Below are positions 9,741 to 18,013 of a stretch of 64,000 bases of DNA, one piece after another. Source of the stretch: an uncultured Actinomycetes bacterium (lineage in GTDB: Bacteria; Actinomycetota; Thermoleophilia; Solirubrobacterales; 70-9); the NCBI GenBank assembly GCA_963753445.1, contig CAVWCG010000003.1, forward strand, positions 100,592-164,591, in the 5' to 3' direction. The first letter of the stretch is position 1, and the number at the start of each line of letters is the position of its first letter. Below the pieces are notes generated by a model. The model saw nothing but the letters and a program-made list of their open reading frames with translations, was not told the DNA's origin and made no database searches. A program made the translations under genes and the position numbers.

Positions 9741-10370
9741 TCAGGGCTCGATCAGCCCGCGGCGGATCGCGTAACGGACCAGCTCGACCCGGTCGCGCAT
9801 GCCGAGCTTGCGCATCGCGTTGGCGCGATGGTTCTCGACGGTCTTCTCGGAGAGGTGCAGCAGCTCGGCGATCTGTTTCGTCGTGTGGGCCTCGGCGACG
9901 AGCTTGACGATCTCCTCCTCGCGCGGGGTCAGCTCCTCCTCGCCGGAGGAGCCGCGTTCGAGCACGTCCTTGATCAGCGTGCGCTGCGCCTCGGGGGTGA
10001 GGAACGGCTCGCCGCGCTCGACCGCGCGGATCGCCGCCAGCAGGTCGGTGTCGGCCTGTGCCTTCAGCACGTAGCCGGAGGCGCCCGCTTTCAGCGCCTC
10101 GAAGAGGTAGCGCTCGTCGTCGTGCATCGAGAGGATCAGGACCTGGACCTCGGGCGCCTGCCGCTTGATCTCGCGGGTCGCCTGCAGCCCGGTCAGCTTC
10201 GGCATTTTCACGTCGAGGATCGCCAGGTCGGGCCGCTCCCGCACCGCCAGGTCGCGCGCCTCGGCCCCGTCGGCCGCCTCGGCGACGACCTCGATGTCGG
10301 GCTGGCGCTCGAGCAGCAGCCGCAGCCCGGACCTCACGATCCCGTGGTCGTCGGCGATCAGCACCCTCAC
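9741..10370 (-). CDS. NarL/LuxR-family response regulator
   Basis: ORF 9741..10388. It has a REC domain (VLIADDH...ILDVKMP) and a LuxR HTH (TTKQIAELLHLSEKTVENHRANAMRKLG). I prefer the GTG at 10370, which is 9 nt after GGGAGG. ATG 10379 and TTG 10388 are also possible. Confidence 0.85.
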   Translation of the reverse strand: MRVLIADDHGIVRSGLRLLLERQPDIEVVAEAADGAEARDLAVRERPDLAILDVKMPKLTGLQATREIKRQAPEVQVLILSMHDDERYLFEALKAGASGYVLKAQADTDLLAAIRAVERGEPFLTPEAQRTLIKDVLERGSSGEEELTPREEEIVKLVAEAHTTKQIAELLHLSEKTVENHRANAMRKLGMRDRVELVRYAIRRGLIEP

Positions 10371-10411
10371 GGCACACATCCTCCCCAATTCGGTGCGCCG
10401 CTCCCGTCGAC

Positions 10412-10463
10412 GGGCCGAAAACTGGACTATGGGTCAGGTTTTCGGCCCATCGACCGATGGGCC
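10412..10463. repeat. GGGCCGAAAAC hairpin element, copy 1 (kinase/regulator intergenic)
   Basis: The element reads gggccgaaaactggac-tatgg-gtcaggttttcggccc, followed by ggcccatcg-ac-cgatgggcc. It shares its sequence blocks with the hairpin at 30749-30797. Confidence 0.55.
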
Positions 10464-10468
10464 TCGCG

Positions 10469-11425
10469 TCACTGTGCCGGGATCGTGAGGCGGACCGTGG
10501 TGCCGGCGTCGGGGCGCGACTCGATCGTCAGCTCGCCGCCGACCAGGAGGGCGCGCTCGCGCATACCGCCGATGCCGAGGCCGCGCTCGGAGTCGGCGAA
10601 GGCGAAGCCGCGGCCGTCGTCGGCGACGGTCAGCGCGACCCCCTCGGGGCCGCGGCGGAGCGTCACCGCGACGTGGGCGGCGCCGGAGTGGCGGGCGGCG
10701 TTCGAGAGCGCCTCCTGAGCGACCCGGTAGACGACCAGCTGGGCGTCGTCGCCGAGGTCCGAGAAGTCGCCGTCGGCCTCGATCGTCGCCTCGATCTCAC
10801 CTTCGGCGAGCCGCTCGACCAGCCCCGCGATCGCCGCCGCCAGGCCGAGGTCGTCGAGCGCGGTGGGGCGGAGCTGGCGGGCCAGCGAGAGCAGCTCGCG
10901 CATCGCCTGGTTGGCGAGCGCTTTGGTCTCGGCCAGCTCGGCCTCGAGCTCCGGGGGCGCCGCCGAGCGCGCCGCCTCGAGCCGCAGCAGCAGCCCGGTC
11001 AGCGACTGGTTGACCTCGTCGTGGAGGTCGCGCGCCACCCGCGCCCGCTCCTCCTCCTGGGCCTGCAGCGCCGCCGAGCCCGCCCGCCGCCGCTCCGCCT
11101 CGAGGCGCCGCATCATCCGCAGGAAGGCGAGCTCGATCCGCTCCACCTCCTCGGTCTCGCCGACCCCGTCGATCGAGGCGGGGAGGAGGGACCCGGGCCG
11201 CGAGAGGTCGACTTTCTCCATCTCTTCGATCAGGGCCTCGAGCGGGGCGAAGCGGCGTCGCAGCAGGATCATGTTCACCGCCGCGCCGGCGACCACGGCG
11301 AGGACGACGATCGCGAGGATCTCGCCGACCGAGAGCCCGGCGACGACGCCGGCGACGATCGCGATCGCCCCCGACAGCACCGCGTTGACGACCAGCACCT
11401 GGGTGAAGAGGGCTCGTCTGCGCAC
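10469..11425 (-). CDS. sensor histidine kinase (HisKA_3 type)
   Basis: ORF 10469..11425, 318 aa. It has N-terminal hydrophobic spans, an H-box RVARDLHDEVNQSL and ATPase motifs NAARHSGA, DDGRGF and GLGIGGMRERA. Confidence 0.85.
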   Translation of the reverse strand: MRRRALFTQVLVVNAVLSGAIAIVAGVVAGLSVGEILAIVVLAVVAGAAVNMILLRRRFAPLEALIEEMEKVDLSRPGSLLPASIDGVGETEEVERIELAFLRMMRRLEAERRRAGSAALQAQEEERARVARDLHDEVNQSLTGLLLRLEAARSAAPPELEAELAETKALANQAMRELLSLARQLRPTALDDLGLAAAIAGLVERLAEGEIEATIEADGDFSDLGDDAQLVVYRVAQEALSNAARHSGAAHVAVTLRRGPEGVALTVADDGRGFAFADSERGLGIGGMRERALLVGGELTIESRPDAGTTVRLTIPAQ

Positions 11426-11571
11426 CGCCCAAGCCTAGGCGGGGCGCCCCATGCCCCGCGGCGACTAGGGACTGCCCCCGGGCGGTTCAGGGGGTGGCCC
11501 CTATGGCGAGATCGCCCGGTTCCCGTGATACTTCGTCGACCAATTTCTCCACGAGGAGCACCTGAGACACG

Positions 11572-12429
11572 ATGACCACCACCAAGCAATCGACCCTCGG
11601 CGCGACGCTGCGCACGACGATCCTGTTCGCCGCCCTCGGCGGCCTGCTGGTCGTCATCGGCGCGCTGATCGGGGGCCCGCAGGGAGCCGCCGGCTTCCTC
11701 ATCCTCGCGTTGCTGATCAACGCGGGCTCCTACTTCTTCAGCGACAAACTGGCCCTGGCGTCGAGCCGCGCGAAACCGATCGACGAGTCGGAAGCGCCGC
11801 GGCTCTACCAGATCGTCCGCGAACTGACGACCCGCGCCGGGCTGCCGATGCCGCGCCTCTACATGATCCCGAGCGAACAGCCGAACGCCTTCGCCACCGG
11901 CCGCAACCCGAAGCACGCCGCGGTCGCGGTCACCCAGGGGATCACCAAACTCCTCTCCGAGGACGAGCTGCGCGGGGTGCTCGGCCACGAGCTCACCCAC
12001 GTCCGCAACCGCGACATCCTGATCCAGTCGGTCGCCTCGGCGATCGGCATGGCGATCACCTACGTCGCCTACATGCTGATGTGGTTCGGCGACGACGACA
12101 ACTCGCCGCTGGGGCTGGTCGCCTCGCTCGGCCTGGTCATCCTGGCGCCGATCTCGGCGAGCATCATCCAGCTGGCGATCTCACGCCAGCGCGAGTACGC
12201 GGCCGACGCCGGCGGGGCCGAACTGTGCGGCAACCCGGAGTCGCTGGCGAGCGCGCTGCTGCGCCTCGAGTCGGGCGCCGAAGCGATCCCGATGCAGGTG
12301 AACCAGGCGGCCGAGCCGCTCTACATCGTCCGCCCCTTCAAGGGCAAGGGCATCGCCGGCCTCTTCTCCACCCACCCGCCGATCGAAGAGCGGGTCCGCA
12401 GACTTCGTCAGATGCGCCCCAGCTTGTAA
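11572..12429 (+). CDS. htpX: M48 zinc metalloprotease HtpX
   Basis: ORF 11572..12429, 285 aa. It has the HELTHVRNRD zinc motif, four hydrophobic spans and GAGGAG upstream. Confidence 0.9.
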   Translation: MTTTKQSTLGATLRTTILFAALGGLLVVIGALIGGPQGAAGFLILALLINAGSYFFSDKLALASSRAKPIDESEAPRLYQIVRELTTRAGLPMPRLYMIPSEQPNAFATGRNPKHAAVAVTQGITKLLSEDELRGVLGHELTHVRNRDILIQSVASAIGMAITYVAYMLMWFGDDDNSPLGLVASLGLVILAPISASIIQLAISRQREYAADAGGAELCGNPESLASALLRLESGAEAIPMQVNQAAEPLYIVRPFKGKGIAGLFSTHPPIEERVRRLRQMRPSL

Positions 12430-12471
12430 GGGCGCTCCCGAAGGGCTAGGTCTCGTCCGGTGACCTAAGTC

Positions 12472-12516
12472 GCGCCGCGGCCGTCGATTCTGGAGCGACG
12501 GCCGCGGCGCTTTTTT
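12472..12516 (+). terminator. rho-independent terminator after htpX
   Basis: A perfect 15-bp stem gcgccgcggccgtcg / cgacggccgcggcgc with a 9-nt loop is followed by TTTTTT. Confidence 0.85.
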
Positions 12517-12562
12517 CGCTCTGCGCAGCGGTTTTCCGAACTCCCACACAGCCCCTCGCGGG

Positions 12563-12586
12563 CTCGCTATACTTTTTGAAGTAAAG
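12563..12586 (+). promoter_or_regulatory. conserved promoter/leader motif CTCGCTATACTTTTTGAAGTAAAG upstream of the rhodanese-ThiF gene
   Basis: 20 of 24 positions are identical to 16893-16916, upstream of cysM. It contains a TANNNT -10-like hexamer (TATACT). Confidence 0.45.
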
Positions 12587-12612
12587 CTGATCCGAATTAG
12601 GGGATTTAAAGA

Positions 12613-13779
12613 ATGGCGACTGGTGCAGGAACCGAGCAGACCCAGGTGATCGAGGAGATCGAACCGTTCGAGGCGGTCGCGGAGATCGAGGGCGGCGACA
12701 TCGTCCTGATCGACACGCGCGAGCCCCACGAGTACCAGGAGGCCCACCTCGAGGGTGGCAAGCTGGTCCCGCCGGCGATGCTGGCCGACGAGATCGAGAG
12801 CGCCGCGCCCGACAAGTCGGCCCGCACGATCCTCTACTGCCGCTCCGGCAACCGCTCCGGCATCGCCGCCGCCCAGATGCAGGCGATGGGCTACACCAAC
12901 GTCGCCTCCGTCGCCGGCGGGATCCTCGCCTGGCAGGAGCAGGGTCTCCCGGTCGTCGCCGCCCAGGGGATGACCCCCGAGCAGCGCGACCGCTATTCGC
13001 GCCACACCCTTCTCCCCGAGGTCGGCGTCGACGGCCAGCTGAAGCTCTTGAACTCGAAGGTGCTGCTGCTCGGGGCCGGTGGCCTCGGCGCGCCGACCGC
13101 GCTCTACCTCGCCGCCGCCGGGATCGGCACGCTCGGCCTGGTCGATGACGACGTGGTCGACGCCTCCAACCTGCAGCGCCAGGTGATCCACAACACCGAG
13201 CGGATCGGCATGCCGAAGACCGAATCGGCCCGCCTCTTCATCGAAGCGCTGAACCCCGACGTCAACGTGATCGAGCACCGCACCAGGCTCAACGCCGAGA
13301 ACATCCTCGACATCATCGGCGACTACGACATCGTCGTCGACGGGGCCGACAACTTCCCCACCCGCTACCTGCTGAACGACGCCTCGGTGCGGCTGCGCAA
13401 GCCGGTCGTCTCGGCCTCGATCCTCAGCTTCGACGGTCAGATCTCGACCTTCGTCCCCTACGAGGGGCCCTGCTACCGCTGCCTCTACCCGACCCCGCCG
13501 CCGGCCGAGCTCGCCCCGAGCTGCTCCGCCAACGGCGTCCTCGGCGTGATGGCCGGGACGATGGGCACCCTGCAGGCCAACGAGGTGATCAAGCTGGTGC
13601 TCGGCGTCGGCGACCCGCTGGTCGGCCGGCTCCTCCTCTACGAGGCGCTTGGCACCCGCTTCACCGAGCTGAAGGTCCGCCGCGACCCGGATTGCCCGAT
13701 CTGCGGTGAGCACGCCGACGAGATCCCGGAGTCGGAGATGGGCCAGTTCCCCGACTACGACCTCTTCTGCGCCGGCTAG
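12613..13779 (+). CDS. sulfur-carrier adenylyltransferase/sulfurtransferase (MoeZ-like) with the rhodanese domain at the N-terminus
   Basis: ORF 12613..13779, 388 aa. Residues ~15-110 form a rhodanese domain with active loop YCRSGNRS. The remainder is a ThiF/MoeB fold (LLLGAGGLGAP, DDDVVDASNLQRQ) with zinc Cys pairs CYRC and CPIC. Confidence 0.85.
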   Translation: MATGAGTEQTQVIEEIEPFEAVAEIEGGDIVLIDTREPHEYQEAHLEGGKLVPPAMLADEIESAAPDKSARTILYCRSGNRSGIAAAQMQAMGYTNVASVAGGILAWQEQGLPVVAAQGMTPEQRDRYSRHTLLPEVGVDGQLKLLNSKVLLLGAGGLGAPTALYLAAAGIGTLGLVDDDVVDASNLQRQVIHNTERIGMPKTESARLFIEALNPDVNVIEHRTRLNAENILDIIGDYDIVVDGADNFPTRYLLNDASVRLRKPVVSASILSFDGQISTFVPYEGPCYRCLYPTPPPAELAPSCSANGVLGVMAGTMGTLQANEVIKLVLGVGDPLVGRLLLYEALGTRFTELKVRRDPDCPICGEHADEIPESEMGQFPDYDLFCAG

Positions 13780-13807
13780 CTCGGCCAACCGGTAGGTTTC
13801 CCCGCTG

Positions 13808-14080
13808 ATGGCGACGGTTCGCATCCCACCTGTCCTGCGCCCGAAAACCGGCGGCGCCCCCGAGGTCGATGCCGCGGGCGGCAACGTCGGCGAGGTCCTG
13901 CGCGCCCTGACCGCCGCGCACCCCGACACCTCGGCCCAGCTGTTCGACGCCGAGGGCGAGCTCAACCGCTACGTCAACATCTACCTGAACGACGAGGACG
14001 TGCGGGTGCTCGACGGCCTCGACACCTCGGTCACCGACGGCGACACGGTCGTGATCCTCCCGGCCATGGCCGGCGGCTGA
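13808..14080 (+). CDS. cysO: ThiS/MoaD-fold sulfur carrier protein (CysO-like)
   Basis: ORF 13808..14080, 90 aa, ending in ...VVILPAMAGG then stop. This is the diglycine tail of beta-grasp sulfur carriers. Confidence 0.8.
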   Translation: MATVRIPPVLRPKTGGAPEVDAAGGNVGEVLRALTAAHPDTSAQLFDAEGELNRYVNIYLNDEDVRVLDGLDTSVTDGDTVVILPAMAGG

Positions 14081-14198
14081 GACGCCTGCAAATCGGCGCC
14101 TGGCGGCGTCCTCGGTCGGTCTCATCGGGTCCGCACTGGAGTGCGCTCCCCTCTGCGCCCGCCCTGCGTCCTTGCCAGGCTTGATTTTCGGCGTCTCA
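14078..14198 (+). repeat. stop-codon-associated structured repeat, copy A
   Basis: It starts on the cysO stop codon. Outer arms are tgagacgcc / ggcgtctca. The core has GGCGTCCTCGG, a central hairpin gcactggagtgc and CTGCGTCCTTG. Confidence 0.7.
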
Positions 14199-14222
14199 GG
14201 GCGAGCTCGGTCGGCTCGCTCA

Positions 14223-14292
14223 CCGGTCAGGAATCTGCGCGGTTAGTTATCCACGTATACGACGGTTTTTTAACCCGGCAGATTTCTGACCG
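14223..14292. terminator. 15-bp inverted repeat around an AT-rich loop, 3' of the ABC operon
   Basis: The arms ccggtcaggaatctgc and gcagatttctgaccg pair at 14 of 15 positions. The loop holds the lowest-GC patch nearby and a T6 run. Confidence 0.4.
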
Positions 14293-14301
14293 TTTGAGCG
14301 T

Positions 14302-15066
14302 CTAACGCTCGAGGACGCGGCCGAGGAACTTCTTGGTGCGCTCCTCGCGGGGGTGGTCGAGGATCTGGGTGGGGTCGCCCTGCTCGACGACGACGCCGCC
14401 GTCCATGAAGACGACCTGGTCGCCGACCTCCTTGGCGAAGCCCATCTCGTGGGTGACGACCAGCATCGTCATCCCTTCGTCGGCGAGCTCGCGCATCGTG
14501 TCGAGGACCTCTTTGACCAGCTCGGGGTCGAGCGCCGAGGTGACCTCGTCGAAGAGCATCACGTGGGGTTCCATCGCCAGCGCCCGGGCGATCGCGACGC
14601 GCTGCTGCTGACCGCCGGAGAGCGTTTCCGGATACTGGCCGAGGCGGTCGCCGAGGCCGACCCGCTCGAGCAGCGCCTTGCCTTTCTCTTCCGCCTCCGA
14701 CTTGGATCTGCCCAGGACCCGTTGGGGCGCCAGGGTCACGTTCTGGAGCGCGGTCTTGTGGGGGAAGAGGTTGAACTGCTGGAAGACCATGCCGACCCGC
14801 TGGCGGACGAAGTCGAGGTTCCAGCTCGACTCGCCGGTGCCGGAGCCGGGGCCCTTGCAGATGTCCTGGCCCTCGAGGAAGATCTCGCCCTCCTCCGGCG
14901 GCGACAGCAGGTTGACGCAGCGCAGCAGCGTGCTCTTGCCCGAGCCGCTCGGCCCGAGGATGCAGATCACTTCGCCTTTGGCGACGTCGAGGTCGACGCC
15001 TTTCAGCACTTCAAGGCTGCCGAAGCGCTTGCGGACGCCTTTCAGCTGCACCATCGGCTCTGCCAT
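14302..15066 (-). CDS. polar amino-acid ABC transporter ATP-binding protein
   Basis: This is the C-terminal 254 codons of ORF 14302..15810, starting at [10 protein letters not shown]. It has Walker [10 protein letters not shown], signature [15 protein letters not shown] and Walker [12 protein letters not shown]. It overlaps the permease in an ATGA. Confidence 0.92.
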   Translation of the reverse strand: MAEPMVQLKGVRKRFGSLEVLKGVDLDVAKGEVICILGPSGSGKSTLLRCVNLLSPPEEGEIFLEGQDICKGPGSGTGESSWNLDFVRQRVGMVFQQFNLFPHKTALQNVTLAPQRVLGRSKSEAEEKGKALLERVGLGDRLGQYPETLSGGQQQRVAIARALAMEPHVMLFDEVTSALDPELVKEVLDTMRELADEGMTMLVVTHEMGFAKEVGDQVVFMDGGVVVEQGDPTQILDHPREERTKKFLGRVLER

Positions 15067-15810
15067 CACGCCACCTCGATGTGGGCGCCGCGGGCGAGTT
15101 TGCCCTGGTTGCGTTTGATCAGATAATCGACCAGGCGCGCCCCCGGCAGGCAGATGACGAGGAAGAAGGCGGCGGTCAGGGTCAGCGCCGAGCTGTTCAG
15201 CTGTTCGGCGAGGATTTCGCGGCTGACCAGCACCGACTCGCCGAAGGCGATCACGCTGACCAGCGTCGTGTCCTTCAGCAGGGAGATCATTTCGTTCAGC
15301 ATCGGCGCCGGGATCTTCGTCACCGCCTGCGGGACGACGATGTGGCGCATCGCCTGGAAGTGGCTCATGCCGAGCGAGCGGGCCGCCTCCATCTGGCCTT
15401 TTGGCACCGCTTCGATCCCGGCCCGGTAGACCTCCGCCATATAGGCGCCGTAGACGAAGACCAGTGCCGCGACGCCGTACCAGAACGGATCGGGCTTGCC
15501 GAACCACTCGGGGATGCGGATGCCTTTCGGCAGGAAGGTGAGGAAGGGCACGCCGCCGGAGATCATCAGGATGATGATCAGCATCGGGATCGCCCGGAGA
15601 ACGTCGATATAGGCGATCGTCAGGAAGCGGAGCGGCATCGAATTTCTTCCCGGGCAGCTGGCGCAGCAGGGCCAGGACGAGGCCCCAGATGAGGGCGACG
15701 ATCACCGCGACGAGGAAGATCAAGAGGTTCTGCAGGAAGGCTTCGAAGACTTCCCCGAAGTGTTCTCCCATGATGTGGAAATCGAAATACTGTTCGAAAA
15801 AGACCTTCAA
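15066..15810 (-). CDS. amino-acid ABC transporter permease, frame-disrupted near 15639
   Basis: The N-terminal 57 codons (MKVFFEQ...[14 protein letters not shown]) lie in the frame of ORF 14302..15810. The rest ([18 protein letters not shown]...) lies in ORF 15066..15638. The total span is 3n+1 nt. GGAG precedes the TTG at 15810. Confidence 0.75.
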
Positions 15811-15910
15811 ATCTCGCTCCTGATCCTGCGTTTCCCGGTCAAATCGAAAGAGGGGGGCACCGTTCCCGGCGCCCCCCTCCGTTATACGACTTTCAGCTAC
15901 CGCGCGATCG

Positions 15911-16797
15911 TCACTTCGATTCGGCTTCTTCGATCGCTTCTTCGAGGCCTTTCAGCGGCGGTGCTTCTTTGAACCACTTTTCGTAGACCTTGGTGTAGCT
16001 GCCGTCTTCGATGGTCTTCTTCAGGCCTTCGTTGATCTGTTCGAGCAGTTCGGTGCTTTCCGGCGCGACCGCGATTCCGTACGTTTCTTCGGTCGGGACT
16101 TTTTCGACGATTTCGATGCCGCCGAGTTCTTCGGCCTGCTGTTTCGCGACCGGCGCGTCGATGATCACCGCTTCGACCGTCCCGGCCTTCAGCGCGTTGT
16201 CGGCGTCGGGGCCTTCCGGGTAGGGCCGGAGTTCCTTGGCTTCGGCTTTTTCCTTGCCGAGTTCGAGGCCGGTCGTGCCCTGCTGGGCGGCGACGATTTT
16301 GCCCTTGAGGTCGGAGAGGCCGGTGATCGAGCTGCCTTCTTTGACCAGGATCGCCTGTTCGGAGAGGTAGTACGGCAGCGAGAAGGAGACGACTTTTTCG
16401 CGTTCTTCGGTGATCGTCGCCGCCGACATCACCGCTTCGAACTTTTCCTGGGCGACGTCGCGGAAGATCGTTTCGAACGAGGAGTCGATGAATTCCGGTT
16501 CGCGGCCGATCTCTTTGCCGATCGCTTCCATCAGTTCGACGTCGAAGCCGGTGTAGCTGCCCTTTTTCCCCTGCTCGAACGGGGGATAGGGGATATCGGA
16601 GCCGACCGTCAGCTTTTCGCCGCCGCCGCTCGATTCTTCTTCGCCGCGCCTCCGCCACCGCTGCTTTCCGCGCTTTCTTCGCTCGTGCTGCTCGAGCTCG
16701 AGCTGCTGGAGCCGCCGCCGCATCCCGCGACGACGATCGCCACCACTCCCACGAGAAGCACCGCCATAAAGGCGGCCAGCCGCGTCTTACTGAACAA
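15911..16797 (-). CDS. amino-acid ABC transporter substrate-binding lipoprotein, frame-disrupted near 16640-16655
   Basis: The lipoprotein signal [26 protein letters not shown] is in ORF 16609..16797, with GGAGG before the TTG. The mature family-3 binding domain ([14 protein letters not shown]...[13 protein letters not shown]) is in ORF 15911..16723. The span is 3n+2 nt. Confidence 0.75.
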
Positions 16798-16892
16798 ACC
16801 TGCCTCCGATCAAGAATTTGCTGGACTCGGGCCGAACATACACCCGATTCCAGGGGTCGCGTTTGTCCAGGGGTCCAAGATTCCTCCCCACC

Positions 16893-16916
16893 GTCGCTAC
16901 ACTTTCTGAAGTAGGG
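16893..16916 (+). promoter_or_regulatory. conserved promoter/leader motif GTCGCTACACTTTCTGAAGTAGGG upstream of cysM
   Basis: This is the near-identical partner of 12563-12586. It ends 14 nt before the cysM ATG. Confidence 0.45.
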
Positions 16917-16930
16917 GGTACCGGCAACCG

Positions 16931-17896
16931 ATGGCACCAGATCCAGTCTTGAACAGACCTTGCGGGGGGCGCTTCGGCGACGTGGTCGAATCGATCGGCA
17001 ATACGCCGCTGGTCGAGCTGTCCCGACTCTCGCCGAAGCCCGACGTCCGCATCTTCGCGAAGCTCGAGGGCCACAACCCGACCGGCTCGGTGAAGGACCG
17101 CGTCGCCCGCTCGATGATCGAGAAGGCCGAGGCCGAAGGGGCGATCGAGCCGGGCCAGACGATCCTCGAACCGACTTCCGGCAACACCGGCATCGCGCTG
17201 GCGATGATCTGCCGGCGCAAGGGCTACCCGCTGCAGGTGGTGATGCCCGACAACGTCACCGAGGAGCGCACCCAGCTGCTGCGCATGTACGGCGCCGAGA
17301 TCGTCTACTCGGAGGGGGCGAAGGGCTCCAACGGGGCGGTCGAGGTGGCACTCGAGCTGGCCGAGCAGCCCGGCTTCTTCATGCCCTACCAGTACGGCAA
17401 CGAGGCCAACCCGCTCGCCCACTACAACGGGACCGCGGTCGAGATCCTCGAAGAGCTCGACTCGGTCGCCGCCTTCGTCGGCGGCCTCGGCACCGGTGGC
17501 ACCCTGATGGGCAACGGCCGCCGGCTCAAGGAGGCCGACCCCGAGACCTTGGTGGTCGCCGCCGAGCCGATGCAGGGGGAGCTCGTCCAGGGGCTCCGCT
17601 CCCTCGACGACGGCTTCATCCCGCCGATCATCGACCTCGGCCTGCTCGACCGCAAAATCATGGTCTCGAATCGCGACGCGATCGTCTGGACCAAGAAGCT
17701 GCTCGAGGAGGAGGGCGTCTTCTCCGGCGTCTCCGGGGGCGCGGTCGCCCGCGTCGCGGCGCGGATCGCGGGGGAGATCGACTCCGGCAACGTCGTCTTC
17801 CTGATCCCCGACGACGGCTGGAAGTACCTCTCCTCCGGCATTTACACGAAGCCGCTCGAGGAGATCGAGAATCTGGACTCCACCGTCTGGTGGTAG
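16931..17896 (+). CDS. cysM: PLP-dependent cysteine synthase, CysM type
   Basis: ORF 16931..17896, 321 aa. It has the PLP-lysine motif NPTGSVKDR and GNTGIALA, and is clustered with CysO and Mec. Confidence 0.9.
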   Translation: MAPDPVLNRPCGGRFGDVVESIGNTPLVELSRLSPKPDVRIFAKLEGHNPTGSVKDRVARSMIEKAEAEGAIEPGQTILEPTSGNTGIALAMICRRKGYPLQVVMPDNVTEERTQLLRMYGAEIVYSEGAKGSNGAVEVALELAEQPGFFMPYQYGNEANPLAHYNGTAVEILEELDSVAAFVGGLGTGGTLMGNGRRLKEADPETLVVAAEPMQGELVQGLRSLDDGFIPPIIDLGLLDRKIMVSNRDAIVWTKKLLEEEGVFSGVSGGAVARVAARIAGEIDSGNVVFLIPDDGWKYLSSGIYTKPLEEIENLDSTVWW

Positions 17897-17898
17897 CT

Positions 17899-18004
17899 CT
17901 GGGAGTGCGCCTGGCGCGGCGCATATCGGCGTCCTCGGTCGCTCGCGTGCAGAGCACGCCACGCTCCTTGCGTCCTTGATCTGCTTGGCCAGTCACACTC
18001 CCAG
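17899..18004 (+). repeat. stop-codon-associated structured repeat, copy B
   Basis: It starts 3 nt after the cysM stop. Outer arms are ctgggagtg / cactcccag. The core has GGCGTCCTCGG, the hairpin gcgtgcagagcacgc and TTGCGTCCTTG. Confidence 0.7.
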
Positions 18005-18013
18005 AAAGGCATC

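Noticed and set aside
15630-15650. Programmed ribosomal frameshifting at the GAAGAA-type strings in the ABC permease and binding-protein genes.
   Set aside because: There is no slippery heptamer or downstream stimulatory structure. Similar frame breaks occur at unrelated sequences throughout the window, so indels are the simpler explanation.
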